In this document: one piece after another, positions 25,755 to 43,474 of the stretch
Layout of the letters: each line of letters begins with the position of its first letter
How positions within the stretch are numbered: the first letter of the stretch is position 1
Source of the DNA: Flaccisagitta enflata
Taxonomy: Eukaryota
Assembly: GCA_965153355.1 (NCBI GenBank)
Contig: OZ231126.1
Location: forward strand, 7,006,001-7,070,000
Length of the DNA stretch: 64,000 nucleotides
Direction: 5' to 3'
Made by a program: the position numbers and the translations under genes
The notes under the pieces: model-generated
Databases searched by the model: none
What the model was told of the DNA's origin: nothing
Seen by the model: the letters and a program-made list of their open reading frames with translations, nothing else

Positions 25755-27595
25755 ACCGGTTTGTTTTCAGTTGCGGTGACGCAATTCTATGAGAGACTTT
25801 GTCCGTCCGTTGGTCCGTCCGTCTGTCCATCGGTACGTTGGTCCATTGGTTAACTGCTTGAAATAACATTTTAGCACAGTATCCCATCGTCCCGCTTAAC
25901 CAATACGGAGTGAAAAAGATCATGCAAAAAAAAATTACCAAATTTTTGCTATGTGAAGCACCAAAGTCCATTGGTCTGTCTGTGAGCAAGAGTCGAAAAG
26001 TGGGAACACGAGCGTCTTAGAAGCTTCCTGTTTATGTATGTGTCTGGGAAGGGGGTTTTAGTGGGGCGTTGATGTGGATGGGGGTTGACCGCCCATACCC
26101 ACCCTTCTTCAACGATATTGCGACCCCGCGTCACTTGTTTACTCACAGTGTTTTCATGCTCAAGGAAGAAATCAAGATAATAGTGATTTTCTTATAAGAT
26201 AAACCGCTGTTATCATATTTCTTCTCTGGGGGTTAAAGCACTACATATTTTGCAAGATAAGTTGAACAACTACCGTCTACCAATATGGGGTTTATCAAGA
26301 CCGGTTGGGCAGGGGTAGTGAAGCTAAAAAAACCCTTACATATTGAAAAAAAAAGTTACCGAGGGACTAATACAGCAAGTTGTAGAGTCGCGTGTCGCGT
26401 GTCTCTACAGACTAAGTGTACATATCAAAATGCTTTTGTGCAAAATCTTATAAAACAAGCCCAGAAGGGCAACTCGATGCGTCATCTGCGTGATATTAGA
26501 TGAGGCGTAACGGACCGACCGATGGACCAACGGACAGACGGACCGACAGACGGACGGACAGACCCTCTTATAGAGATGCGATGACGCATCTAACAAAAGG
26601 AAAAGAAATCGGATAAGCGAGAAATCTGAGATAAAAAAACTTCCTCCATAAACTAGGAGCTGATTTTGTAGAGAATTTCTTCACATTATGGAGCTCATAA
26701 ATGTCTTTTGGGTCTCTTTTATTAAGTGTGTTAACTGTGTAAGGCTCTTTGTTTTTTATTCTCCTTGGTTGCATGCGACCGGTCAGTCGTTTCTTAAGTC
26801 AGTTGGGTGGTCAGCTAGTAGGTTGGTTTGAATAATCACTTGCTTTAGTGCGCCTGATACAAACATCACTTAAAACAAGTTTTACCACTTTTCAGTCGCG
26901 TGCTACGCGACTCTACACCCAGCTAGGTTGGTCCGTTGGTCGGTCCGTTGGTTGGTTGGTCCCCTTTTTACTTTTTCGGCGTTTTTGAGCTTTTTGAGCA
27001 TACGGTTCCTGCCCCGATGCCCCAGTGACCTTCTCCAGCACTGATCCAAGTTACGGTTCCTGCCCCGATGCCCCAGTGACCTTCTCCAGCACTGATCCAA
27101 GTTTCTTCTCAACTATTCAGAGACGTAAAAAACGCGATAAAAAAACTTTAAAACTTTTCTTTGACTGACGGACAGACGGATGGAAAGACGGACGGACCGA
27201 CCAACGGACCAACGGACTGACCGAAAAGTGGCTTAAAGAGTCGCGCAGCACGACACTTAAAAGTAACTAGTCACTAGTCAGTGAGGGCTCACAAGGCCCT
27301 CTTCCATATTTGATATAGTGAGGGATATTGTTCCACCTATCATATTTGCGTAATCTCTCATTTGCAACCAATCTGGACTTTGTAGCTTAAGTTGATATGA
27401 ATTGAGAGCAATATAAAAAAAATTGCTTTGAGTATCAAACTGTGAATGACTGTTTTACTTTAAATTGCTGTCGCGGACGAACTATTAAAGAAAATCCAAT
27501 GAAATTTTTATGCAAGTGATCCCACTTTGAGATTGATCACCCGGTACAAAATTGAGACTATTTTGCAGCATAAAATTTCTTCCAGAATCAATCTA

Positions 27596-28438
27596 CTATC
27601 TTCGCCAAAAGAAACCCGACACCTTCTATCTACAATATCTTGGCTTCTTGAAAAGCTAGATACTTTTAAAACAAGGCCGGATACATGGCCATCAGTTGCG
27701 GACGGGTGGGCAGGGGCGGAAATGCGCGTTTTCCCACTTTTCGACTCGATGGTTACTGACGGACGGACGGATGGACGGACGGACGGACGGATGGACGGAC
27801 GGACGGACGGACGGACGGACGGACGGACGGACGGACGGACGGACGGACGGACGGACGGACGGACGGACAAAGCCTCTTATAGAGTTGCGTGTCGGCAACT
27901 GAACAAAAAAAGAAATTAATCTTCATCAAAAGATTTACAAAATGAGTCCAATCTGATAACTGAATCTTGAAGCGTTTAGAAATGGCAAGCTGAAGAAGGA
28001 AAATAGTCATATTCAGAATTGATAAAAGATTGTGAAAAAAAAAAAGGTTAGATTTGATAGAACTTTAACTTTTGTTATCTTAGCTTCTGGAGAAGCTAGA
28101 TACTTTTTCAAAAAAAGCAAATTAATCTACATAAAAAAATCTGGAAGGTGGGCGCAATCTGGATTCTGAAGCTCAAGCTGTTTAGAAATGGCAAGCAAAA
28201 GACTAAACCTTAATCAAAAATTATAGGCTTGCAAAAACTGTGGATAAATGAGAAAAGGTTATCACCCCTGTAAATGAAGAAATGCGATATAAATTGCATT
28301 TTAGACACACAGTCTCTTGTATTTTTTCTAGAAATAAAATACTTGACCTTCAAACCCTCTCAGTTAGTAAATTTTATCAGAGTATGGTCAATAAATCATA
28401 TCATTGCCAGGGTGTCGCGTTTCTTTTGGCAAAGATAG
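27596..28438. mobile_element. TA-flanked MITE copy with nested HINE
   Basis: Same TIRs as 30338-30944, opposite internal orientation; HINE at about 27668-27905. Confidence 0.8.
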
Positions 28439-28935
28439 TACCACACATATCAATAAAAAAGACGCACTTTTGAAAGGCTTATTGCAGCAAAAAAATTTAA
28501 TATAACCTAATGAAATTCTAGACTATTGGAAAGCTCTTTAAAAATACTTTAATATGGTTTCAATTGGGTACCTATTTCTATATTTTTTTGTTTGGAAATG
28601 GCATTAGTTTGAATGAAATTGTATTTGTTTTATCAATAAAAAGAAAGGTGCGTCTATTTTTTTGATATGCGTGGTATCGTGTCATTTCATGTTCCCTCGT
28701 GTAATTTGATGTACTATATGCATTTCTTATCTGTAAAATATTGTACAAACAAATAAGTATACGCATAATTTGATTTGTTATATGTTATTCTTATCTACAT
28801 AGAATTGTACAAACTAATTAGTATTCGTTTCATCAAAGAGGTCGTTAGTGATAGGTAGGCAAACCTTGGACAGAACCGCAAGTCGACAACGTCAACAACA
28901 ACAACGATGAAAACAACAACATGAAGAAGAAGAAG

Positions 28936-28988
<53 letters not shown>

Positions 28989-30337
28989 TGACAACGACCA
29001 CAGCAATAACTTCCATTCTGACTGTCATTCTGTGGTGCCAAGCTATGCGAGTTGAGGAACCATGAACTAACGTCAAAAAGCCTCTTACACTGCATTGTAA
29101 GTAGCTTAAGAGGTAAGTTCTCAAGAGAGGGGAGAATAAAGTTGATTTCTCAAAAGGTTCGGATATGGGGGAGGGAACTAAAAGGGATCAATTGATGCGG
29201 GGTCAAAACACCGTTGCGGATAGGTGGGCAGGTGCATCCAACCCCCAGCCTCACCCCAAACCCACCCCAACCACTCCTACCATGCACTCACACACCTACA
29301 AACACAAACACATACACATACACAATAACAACTGCAGTATCATGAATGCGCGTTTTTCACGCTTTCAACTCGAGCGTGACGGACCAACAGACGGACCAAT
29401 GCACGGAAAAATTGCATTTAGAAAATTTCGCGGTACCAACCAGAGAACCTACCGACTAAGGGACATACCCTCTTATAGAGAGAGGACGCATCTAAAAAGT
29501 GTGGATAAATGAGAAAAGGTTATCACCCCTGTAAATGAAGAAATGCGATATAAATTGCATTTAGACACACAGTCTCTTGTATTTTTTCAAGAAATAAAAT
29601 ACTTGACCTTCAAACCCTCTCAGTTAGTAAATTTTATCAGAGTATGGTCAATAAATCATATCAGCCAACCAGAGAACCTACCGACTAAGGGACATACCCT
29701 CTTATAGAGAGAGGACGCATCTAAAAAGTGTAGATTGAAGAGTCTTGTAACATCTGGAACACAATTATTGAAAAAAGATTTTGATGCTACCATGTCTAAA
29801 CCAAGGCATTTGGATTTGAATGGATTTTAATATCTGCTAAAGCATAGAAAATACTTTATTTTGCTCATGAATTTCATTTGAATTGATATAGGCTATGTTG
29901 AGATATGCTAAAAATTGTGACAGGGTCCCTGATGAAAACAGCTCCAAAATTACCAAAAAATTAGGTCGCTTTAAACAATTGAAACTGGAAAAATCGAAGA
30001 TAAAATGCCTCTTTATATGTATCTACTTATATGAATTTGACCTAATCAGTGTTTAAAGCGTATAGAAGCTGATTAAATGCAGTTCTTGTGATGCTTTTTC
30101 AATAATTGTGTTACAGGTGTTATCTAATTCCCTCCTAAAATGCCAAGGACTAAGGATATTTCTTTTGCCAATTTCAATCCCACTAGGTTATTGCGGTTGC
30201 TAATAAGGTCAATGGGAGCACTTGGTATTGGGTAAAGGATAATTTTAAACAATTTTCAAGGAGGGGAGAGTGTATAATGTATCTGTTCAAAAATGTTCAA
30301 AAACCCACATTCAAGGAGTTTTTTTTTCTCTCTGATA

Positions 30338-30944
30338 CTATCTTCGCCAAAAGAAAGGCAACACCCTGGCAATGATATGATTTATTGATCATATTCTGAA
30401 AAAATTTGGTAACTGAGAGGGTTTAAAGGTCAAGTATGTTATTTTCATAAAAGATACAAGAGACTGTGTTTCTAAAATGTAATTTATATCGCATTTCCTC
30501 ATTATCAGGGGTGATAACCTTTTCTCATTTGTCCACATTTTTTGCAAGCCTATGATTTTTGATTAAGGTTTACTCTTTTGCTTGCCATTTCTAAACGGCT
30601 TGAGCTACAGAATCCAGATTGCGCCCACCTTCCAGATTTGTTGATGTAGATTAATTTGCTTCTTTGGAAAAAGTATCTAGCTTTTTCAGAAGCTAAGATA
30701 ACAAAAGTTAAAGTTATATCAAATTTAATCTTTTTTTTCACATTCTTTTATCAATTCTGAATATGATTATTTTCCTTCTTCTGCTTGCCATTTCTAAACG
30801 CTTTAAGTTACAGTTACCAGATTGGACTCATTTTGTAGATCTTTTGATGAAGATTAATTTCTTTTTGTAAAAAAAAGTATCTAGCTTTTCTAGAAGCCAA
30901 GATATTGTAGATAGAAGGTGTTGCGTTTCTTTTGGCGAAGATAG
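30338..30944. mobile_element. TA-flanked MITE family (CTATCTTCGCCAAAAGAAA termini)
   Basis: TIRs ctatcttcgccaaaagaaa / tttcttttggcgaagatag with TA on both sides. Other copies at 18872-19464 and 27596-28438. Confidence 0.85.
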
Positions 30945-32542
30945 TAAGTGAATGTTGTTAACATCAACAGTAGAATGTAGGGTCTGTATATGCCACTGAT
31001 CAGTTTATATGCATTGAAAGATGTGGATATTGAGGTTATCAGATACCTGAAAAGTGTTCTAACTTACTTAATTTATCAAAAGATGCTTTCATAAAGACTC
31101 CGTCATTTGGTATGTCAGTCTGCCTGTGTCTGAGCATGACACTCGGAGGTGAAATAAAAGTAGCAAGGGGATACCTAAAAATTCTATCTCACTTTTTTGA
31201 AAAATATTGATGAAATAAGCCTGATAAGGTATTTTTAAAAGTATATTTTCAATGAAATATTGACCAGGAACAATTTTTATACAAACCAGACAATAATAAC
31301 TAAACGGAATTTAGGTTAAAATAATCGTTCATTTCTGCTTTCTTCCTTCGACCAAAGTTTTCTTGCTAAGTAGTATTCATTTAAATATGCCATGGAAAGA
31401 TGCGATCGGGAGAAGGGGTGCGCATTGGAGAAAATATTTTTTGAAAACAGTTTTCAACAGTATGAAGTCTACTCTATCACATATGTGTGAATCACGCGTA
31501 TGGAAGAATTTTGAGACTCCCCTCTATTCATTCAAAGTTGATAGTTCTTTCAGCATTTTCTCAGGATTCCGTTTCTTGTTTTTTCTCATTTTTTTCAATG
31601 TCGTGGGTCCGTCGGTCCGTCCGTCCGTCCGTTAGAATTTTTGAAAATTATGACTTTTAAGGTTTTTAAGGTATTTTAAGGTACTCTAGGGTATTTCAGG
31701 GTACTTTAGGGTGCTTCAGGGTACTTTAGGGTACTTAAGTTATCTTAGGTACTTAAGGTATTTTAGGGTTTTTCTAGGTATTTTTGAGTATTTTTTGGTA
31801 TTTTTGGGTACACTCACTTAGGGGCAACGGGTACCGCTGACCATCTAACGCTTTTGCGACTATTAAGTTATTTTAGGTACTTAAGGTATTTAAGGGTACT
31901 TTCAGATACTTTTGGGTACTTTTGGGTATTTTTGAGTATTTTTGAGCATTCATATAAGTATCTTAGGGTGTTTTGGGATTTTGGGTATCATTGGGTATTT
32001 TTGGGTATTTTGGGTATTTTGTCAACTTTTTATTGGACACTCGTTATTGGTTCAGAATGTAACTTTTGGGACAGACGTTATGTGATATGAAGTTGTAGTA
32101 TGAAGTTATGTAGTATGAAGTTGTAGTATGTACAGTTAAACCCTGGTCTAACGGACCCGTCATCAACGCTGTGTAGTATGGTGTTGTGTAATTGTGTTGT
32201 AACTTAGTTAATGCGACTGTTTGTTTTTTCTCGTTTTTTTCAATGTTGCTTGATTTTCTCAGGTGTGCTTTGTCTTGTATTTTCCCATTTTATCATATAC
32301 AATGCTGTTTAATCATGTTTTCACCATTTATCTTATGTATATCAAACTCATTTTTACACACAAATTAGACATTTTTCAACGATAGATCACAGCGTTTTGA
32401 ACAGTTACGTGTCCGGTCTCTAATAAAAGACAAGCTTACCAGCAGCTTTTCTCAAAACATAGCACTTTGCCTTTGATAACGAGTTGTATTTTACCAATAA
32501 AGGCGGCTAATCGCCGTAGGAAAAAAGTCGTAAATCCTGAGA

Positions 32543-32628
<86 letters not shown>

Positions 32629-32944
32629 AACAGACAGACAGACAGAGGGGGAGAGAGAGACAGAGGGGAAGAGAGAGACAGAGAGAGAAACACAGAAGAA
32701 CATGCAACACGGGGTTACAATATCATTGCGGACAGGGGCATCCAACCCCCATCAACACCCCAACCCCCACGCACAAGCATCTAGACTGCTTGTATTTCCA
32801 CTTTTCAACTTGGACGGACAGACGGACCAACGAGTGGGTAATGCTACCGAGAATTCTCGGTAGCATTAACTGTGTCATTTTCATATTTTAATGCAATAGA
32901 GAATTCTCCATTGCATGAAAATTGATTCTCAGTTATGATAATAA

Positions 32945-32980
<36 letters not shown>

Positions 32981-33198
32981 TCTCTGTACGACATGCTGCA
33001 CAATCGTATCGAAATTTTTATTCATGCACTTTTGAGTCATTTTTTTGTAGTTACTTATAAATATTCTCTTAAATGCAATAAATGGTTATTGTCAGCAAGC
33101 AAATGGTATGAGCAGCAAACACAGATCCAAATTCATTATCACTGGAATGATGGTAACCATCCTTTGAAACATAATTCAGAGCAGAAATAAGGCAAATA

Positions 33199-33812
33199 CC
33201 GGGTCATCCACCTGAGTTGTCGGATTATGTTAAGCTTTTACTCAAAAATGGTAGCAGTCATGTATTTGAAATTGATCTAGTCTTAAAGAGTTTACATTGA
33301 CGTTTTTTGTATCAAAATTTCACCCGTTTTGGTTGAGTAGTTTGTCTATTGCATGGATTTGAAGTAAAAGCTGATGTTGTCCCCATGCACAAATTTTTCA
33401 TGAAAATCAAGAATCTTTCTTTCCTTGATTTTTAATATTTTTTTCACAAAACCACTCCAAAGAGACCAGATTGGTCTTGAATTAAGGATAAATTGAAAAA
33501 AAGTTATTTGATTTGTTTGAATCATCAATTATTCAAGGCTTATCTGGAATAATGGCTCAGATTGCTCAAAAAAGAAATGTAATGTTATCATGAAAAACTT
33601 TGGATTTTGATGGAAAATCTGCTCAGTGGGGAAACATGAGGTTTTACTTCAAACCCTTGTAAAACACAAACTACTCGACCCAAATGGATGAAATTTTGAT
33701 ATAAAAAACGTCAAAGTATACTCTTTAAGACTAGATCAATTTCAAATACATGACTGCTACCATTTATGAGTAAAAGCTTAACATTATCCGACAACTCAGG
33801 TGGATGACCCGG
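33199..33812. mobile_element. Tc1/mariner-type palindromic MITE
   Basis: TA-ccgggtcatccacctgagttgtcgga ... tccgacaactcaggtggatgacccgg-TA, with long inverted arms. Confidence 0.88.
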
Positions 33813-35005
33813 TACATTTAACAAAAAATATCATAAGTCTATCTTGAAAATAACAAATCTGTGAAATGAGAAGAAAATTTGCATTTTCTAAAACATACGA
33901 CTTTAGATATACTAATCTACAAGAGTCGCACGTTCTTGGTTTTTGTAATTTTTGATTCCCTATGCAAATTTGTTATTTTCAGTGAACACAAGTCAGGTGA
34001 TAAAATTGAAATTTTTTTAGTTTAATATCTCTTATTTTCAAAAGGATGTCAAACTTTAATGAAAGCAGATAAAGACTTGCAGATTTCATCGATAGCTAGA
34101 GCAAGGGATATGTTTTTATTTTCTTATCAATTTTCAATGGATAATTATGAATTGATATTTTTGAATATATGTTTAACACTAACTGAAATATTCAAAATTA
34201 CAGAAATTTAGGAAAAAATCATTTTTTGAAAGTTGTAGGGGCAATTGAGCATGCCAATATGCAAAATATGTCTTAACCTAAGGTATAGAAAGGCAATTAT
34301 TAAAAGTTTAAGGAAAAAATCAGCAATTATGAGAAATTTCTAACTTATGCATGAATAAGAAATTCCACCCTAAATTATTCCATGTCGTACTTCTCTCTCT
34401 CATCTCAATTTAATGAACAAGTATCAAGTAGAACAGAGCATGTTTTAAAAAAAATCATTGTCAAAACCTTATGTACGATAAAACATTAGTGAGGTTTTTA
34501 ATGAAAAGTTGATATCATTGGGGGTTTTTGATAAAAAATATTACTTCATCAAACAAATTTGTTTGAATTCTTTTATCAAAATTGTATCATTTCATCCTTG
34601 TTATCACAATTTTTGTTAAATAATATTTTAATGAAAAATAGCTTTACCCTATTTTTAGTCGCGGACACGCGACTCTACACCTTGCCTTGTCGGTCGGTAG
34701 GTTGGTAGGTTGGTCCGTGTATCGGTCCGTCCGTCGGTCCGTCCGTTACATTTTTGAATTCCAAGCGGTTTTTGCATTACTGCTCCTGCCCAACTGTCCG
34801 CGACTGGATTGCCGTGTATCCGGCCTTGTTTAAATATATCTTATTAGTATATCAATGAATTGTGCAATACTTTGTAATAGTCAAACTAACTGTTGAATAA
34901 AGATTTTTGAAAAAAAAATCAGACTAATCAGAATAAAAAAAGAAGGAAAGAAAGAAAGAAAGAAAGAAAAAAAGAAAAAGAAAAAAAAGAAAGAAAGGAA
35001 GGAAG

Positions 35006-35094
<89 letters not shown>

Positions 35095-35304
35095 ACCAGA
35101 CAGGCCTATAAAAAAAAGACAGGGAAATAAGAGGGAGAGAGAGAATAGAAAGAGAGACTTGAAACTTCTATCATGTCTTCATGCTACCGAGAATTCTCGG
35201 TAGCTTTAAAATTCCCAATTCTCGGTAGCATTACTTCTAAGTATTCTCGCTAGCATGAAACTCCCGGACCAACAGACCGATGGATGGACTGACAGACAAA
35301 GCCT

Positions 35305-35986
35305 CTCATTTGGAAAAAAGTCGAGATTCGAAGATTCGAAGACTTTTTGATTTCCGCGAAGAAAAGTTGTTTTCCCTTTTTTTCATGGGGCATTTGAGAA
35401 AGTTGATCAGTTTTGGGAGCCAAATGAGACTACGCCTGAAATTGATAGCTAAGAAAGAGCTAATTCTCTTCTTTCAGATGACGCCAAGCAGAATTCTGTG
35501 CGATCAATAGTTTTGGAGCTACGATTTTTTGAATCTTTTTTTATTTTTCTGCATTTTTCGCGTTTTCCCGAAAAACGAGGAATTGAGATAGTTGAAGTCT
35601 ACTTGGACTTTGAAATGCCCCAGGTGGTAATTGTGCATCCTGGCAGCACAGTCTCTCTCTCATCTCAACTACGGACTCTATGAGAGGCTTTGTCTGTCAG
35701 TCCATCCATCGGTCTGTTGGTCCGTCTGTCCGTCCAAGTTGAAAAGTGGAAAAACAAGCAGTCTAGATGCTTGTGCGTGGGGGTTGGGGTGTTGATGGGG
35801 GTTGGATGCCCCTGTCCGCAATGATATTGTAACCCCGTGTTGCATGTTCTTCTCTGTGTCTCTTCTGTCTCTCTCTCTCTGTCTCTCTCCCTCTGTCTGT
35901 CTGTCTGTTTGTCTTCTTTCTTCTTCTTCCTCTTCTCTTCTTTCTTCTTCCTTCTCTCTCTCCTCTCTTTCTCTCTCTCTTTTCTT

Positions 35987-36040
<54 letters not shown>

Positions 36041-36442
36041 TCTCAGCATTTACGACTTTTTTCCTACGGCGATTAGCCGCCTTTATTGGTAAAGTCCGTA
36101 GTTGAGATGAGAGAGAGACTGTGCTGCCAGGATGCACAATTACCACCTGGGACATTTCAAAGTTCAAGTAGACTTCAACTATCTCAATTCCTCGTTTTTT
36201 GGGAAAACGCGAAAAATGCGGAAAAATAAAAAAAGATTCAAAAAATCGTAGATCATGCTTGGTGTCATCTGAAAGAAGAGAATTAGCTCTTTCTTAGCTA
36301 TCAATTTCACGCATAGTCTCATTTGGCTCCCAAAACTGATCAACTTTCTCAAACGCCCCATGAAAAAAAGGGAAAACAACTTTTCTTCGCGGAAATCAAA
36401 AAGTCTTCGAATCTTCGAATCTCGACTTTTTTCCAAATGAGT
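35305..36442. repeat. Local inverted duplication flanking an AG-microsatellite repeat unit
   Basis: 35305-35677 is a near-identical reverse complement of about 36092-36442. The central unit is the inverse of 32490-32830 and related to 37075-37630. Confidence 0.75.
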
Positions 36443-37124
36443 AAACATGTGGCTTTACAGCTACATGCTATCCCTGATTTTTCTACTGACGTAAATGATT
36501 AGATTTAAAGATCTTTATTGTCAATTGACCTTAATTGTGACATCTTATTCTGAGCATCTGAAATAATGAACCTCGCTCTTTTAATAGCTTGGTTTACTTT
36601 TTTTTCGGTCCTGGTTTTAGAATACTTAAAATACTTGCCTGAATGGGCTATCGAAAAGAATTCCAGTTAAGCATTTTTTTTCTTTTTTTAGCCTGTGGCG
36701 TGACATACTTTTCTCAGCTCAGAAAAAGAAAAAAATGATTTTGAAAGAAAAATCTAATTTTGGTAAAGCTAAAACAATATAAGCTTCACCTATGCAACAA
36801 GTGTTCTGAGGTTTCTCCTATGACTAGATGCGGTACACCCAAGAAGAAGCATGCTGTACACCCAAGAAGAAGCGCTGGCTAGCATACGACCATTTGACTG
36901 TTATGAGCTGAGCACTTCTTTTGCTTAAGATGGTAGAGTAGAATGAAGAAGAACATTCCTCATTTTCAAATTCTAACTAGAGTGTTTGTTTCTTTAACCT
37001 CTTTAGGGAGATTCTTTGTTGTGCACTATAATTCCTTTCAGTCGCAGACTCATGACTCGATGAGCCACTTCAGTTACCAATAAAGGCGGCTAATCGCCGT
37101 AGGAAAAAAGTCATAAATGCTGAG

Positions 37125-37265
<141 letters not shown>

Positions 37266-37356
37266 AGAGACAGGGAGTGACAGAGACAGACAGACACGAT
37301 TACCACGTCATAATTAGGGGCATGGCCACATACTTTGCATTGATAATAAGGTTGGA

Positions 37357-37423
<67 letters not shown>

Positions 37424-39099
37424 ACAGACAGACAGACGGACAGACAGATGACGGACAGACGGACGGACAGGCAGACGGACAGACAGACAGAGAATGAGAC
37501 AGAGAGAGAGAGACAGAGAGAGAATGCTTGTTTTTCCACTTTTGACTCGATCACCATGGATAGACTGATGGACCAACAGACCAACGGATGGACTGACGGA
37601 AGGATGGACAAAGCCTCTTATAGATTCTACAACAAAAAGAGTGAGAGACTTCGCTGCCAGCATGCACAATCATCATCTGGGACAATGTGAAGTTAAAATA
37701 GACTTCAATACCTTAATTCCTGATTTTTTGGAAAAATGTGAAAAATGCGAAAAAATAAAAAAAGATTCAAAAAATCATAGCTCCGAAACTTTTGATCGCA
37801 CAGAATTCTGCTTGGCGTCATCTGAAAGAGGAGATTTAGTTCTTTCTTAGCTATTAATTTCATGCGTAGCATCATTCGAGCCCAAAAAATGACCAACTTT
37901 CCCAAACTCCTCATAAGACAAAGCGAAAATCGATTTTCGCCGTAGGTCTCAAAAAGCCGAAGGTATTCTTCGACTTTTTTCCAAATTAAGTTGTTTGTTG
38001 AGGTTTTCACTTCCGCCCAGTGCCCACCCATCAACGACTAAGGTTGCTAATTATTCGACCTTGTTCTTAACTATTTTTAGTCGCGTGCTACGCGACTCTA
38101 CACCCCACTTTGTCGGTCCGTCGATCTGGCGGTCTGGCGGTCCGTTGGTCCGTCGGTCTGTCGGTCCGTCGGTCCGTTGGTCTGTCGGTCTGTAACACTT
38201 TACCTTTTTGGGCAGCGGCCCCGAAGGGGACGATGTCCTGTAGAACACGGGGACTTTCGTTTGTCCATTCGTTCGTTCGTTAGTTCGTCCGTCCCCCCCA
38301 TCAAGCCTCTCAGGCCTCAAATCAGGCCTCTCAGGCCTCAAATCTGGCCTCCAAAGCCTTAAATCCAGCCTTTCAAATCCAGCCTTTCACATCCAGCCTT
38401 TCAGGTATCATCAGACCTGTCAGGCCTCAGAGCTGGCCTGTCAGGCCTCAAACCTGGCCTCGCAGGCCTCAAGTGAGCCCTCTCAGGCCTTAAATTAGGC
38501 CTCTCAGGCCTTTAATCTGGCCTCTCAAGCCTCAAATCTGGCCTAAAATCTGGCCTATCAGGCCCCAAATCTGGCCTGTCAGGCCTTAAATCCAGCCTGT
38601 CAGGCCCCATGGCCTCAAACCTGGCCTCTCAGGCCTCAAATTAGCCTTGGAAAATCCCTCAGACTCTTGAAGTAAGTTTTCTCAAAAGATCCTGAGAACC
38701 TTATCCCAGGCTCTCGAGACCGTGATTTTTGAATTCCTCGTCAAAAATTGTGTGGAAACAGTGAAAAGGGTGATTTTTTGACAAAACCGAGATTTAAAAT
38801 CACACTCGTTATCATCATTACTACCCTCAGAAATTTTGCCGCCATTTTTTCATCGGTTTGACTGCACTGATTCTCGCTATGAAACTTTGGCTCGAGGTTT
38901 GTTATTGCATGGATTGCGAGACCAACTGACATTGATTCAATGAAGAAGAAGATGAAGATGAAGAAGAAGAAGAAGAAGAAGAAGAAGAAGAAGAAGAAGA
39001 AGAAGAAGAAGAAGAAGAAGAAGAAGAAGAAATAGAAGAAGAAGACTAAGAGGAAGAGGAAGAAAGGGAAGAGGAAGAGAAGGAGGAAAAGAAGAAGAT

Positions 39100-39189
<90 letters not shown>

Positions 39190-39329
39190 GAAAGTAAAGG
39201 CAGGCAAGTTGAGAGATGCTATATGTGAATGTCATAGACGAAACGACAAGAGAAAAAAACAGTTAATGTATGGAACTACTGACTAGTCGAATTGCAAAAT
39301 GAGAAAAATCATAATCTGAAGCCAGAAAT

Positions 39330-39456
<127 letters not shown>

Positions 39457-41135
39457 CTCAATCATTACCAAATAAATTTCATTTTGCATTTACTTAATTT
39501 GCATGTTTGAGGAATATCTTTAAAAGCGAGCTGATGCTAGCTGACGCTACTGCTCCTATTGAGCTTTTGCGCACCGGTAGATATATATCAGGGGTAGTTA
39601 AATCTCAATCTGCGGCTGTATGCGAGCACTTGATGTTGGCCAAACTAAGGTTTTAGTATTTCATGCAACAAATAAAATATCAAGAAAATGAGGTAAATTT
39701 CTCAAATTTGGCTTGAATCATTGTCACAGCATGTATGAGATTCCAGAGAAAAAAATCGATATTTCAAATTATTAATTGTGTATGACGCACTGAAAATTAC
39801 CATAGAATTTGCTACCCGAGCCAGATAAGTCGTGAAATTTATAAAATGAAATTTAATGAAAATTTTTGTTTTAATATTTTCAATAAAACTACCAACAACC
39901 ATATCTTGCATGAATTGACTTGCATATGCCAGTTTTAAATTTCAATCCTTTATTTAACAGCTGAAAAAATATGCCAAATTCAACAAAAAACTCATTTTGT
40001 CAAGGGACCATGGCTCATTGAAAATTTTAAATTTGCATAGAAAATCAAATAATCAAGAAAACAAAAACATAGCGCGATTCCTAAAAGATCAACTGAGGGC
40101 GCTATGTTCTTTTTTTAATGATATTTGGATTTTTTATGCAAATTTAAAATTTTCAGTGAGCAGTTACTGAAATGATTGTCACTATTTTATTCACTTTTTA
40201 GTCTCATCAGAATTGAATATTTTTCAATCTTTTTGCATTTTTGTCCTTTACCGGTGACAGATGAGTTTCCTCATGTAAGTTTACAATATAAAGTACAAAG
40301 AAATAAACACAAGCATTGACCTAAGCAAAAATAGTAACATGAATGGTAACTTAGTTCTCTGGGTAAATTCCTCTTACTTAAATTTCAGTGCGTCCTATGG
40401 TTTGGCTAAACGGGACTTCCTTCAATGATATTTTTTTGCTTTTTCTCACTTTTTAGTTATTACATTTGTAATAAACAATTTTTGTATAATACAAACATAA
40501 CGTCGAATCTATAGTCATATAAAAGGCGAGCGTGTCACGATTCTAGATATGTTTTTTATTTTTTATTATCACCATATTAAGCTTTTCAAATTAAAAAAAG
40601 GCATAACTATTGATCCAATGACAGCAAACATTATTCCAGCGAACATTCCGCTCTTCTGCAAAAACTTTCAATCAGCTGATTATAGCATATCATCAACGTT
40701 TTCAGGCAGGACGAACGAAAGTCCCCCTGTGTTCTACAGGACTTCGGGGCCGCTGCCCTGCTTCCCCTCACACAAATTCACAATCATGCAAAGCAGGGCA
40801 ACGGGTATCGCTGACCACATATTGCCTTTGGGCGACCTGGTTTAAGTTTTTGTGGTCTTTGTCCTCACTGCTCCTGCCCAAATGATGGAGTGACCTCAAA
40901 TAGGGCCCCTGCCCACCTGCACGCAACTGGGATAGCCGTGTATCCGGCCTTGTTCCTTTCTAATGGAGTTAACTGCCCTCATTTTCGATGACGATTCGTC
41001 AAAAGTAGCCGTCTTTTATATAAGTCAGCCATAATCATTACTTAGGTGATTTATGATTCAACTAATGACTATAATTGCTGAAACCATGAAGCAATAACCG
41101 ATAAGCAATCAGAGTGGAACCTCTTAAGAAAATAG

Positions 41136-41170
<35 letters not shown>

Positions 41171-41281
41171 CTCACTTTTGGTATTGCTGTCTTAGGTTTC
41201 CTATCGTTATTTGGAACGAAGTGTCAACATCACTAGAATCTGTGAAGTAGGCGACCCAGAAAAGTGAAGTATGGTCAATAC

Positions 41282-43147
<1,866 letters not shown>

Positions 43148-43235
43148 GTCAATGCAATACTTCTTTGGCCACCTATAGATGATAGTGAGTAAAAGATTGG
43201 CTTTTGTTTCTTGTGGAAGAGAAAAAACAATAGGG

Positions 43236-43295
<60 letters not shown>

Positions 43296-43474
43296 CATCC
43301 TATAAATTAGGGTTCAAAAGCAAATGTTTGATATCAAGTGCGTTATTCTGTCTGAAGGGCTACTATGTTGATCATGGCAGCCGGACGGATAAAGATTTCT
43401 TTTCCAGTTCCCGTGAAAGACTGAGGAAAAGGAGCAAAGGACTCATATCATTGTGCTGTGAGAAAGTCAACATG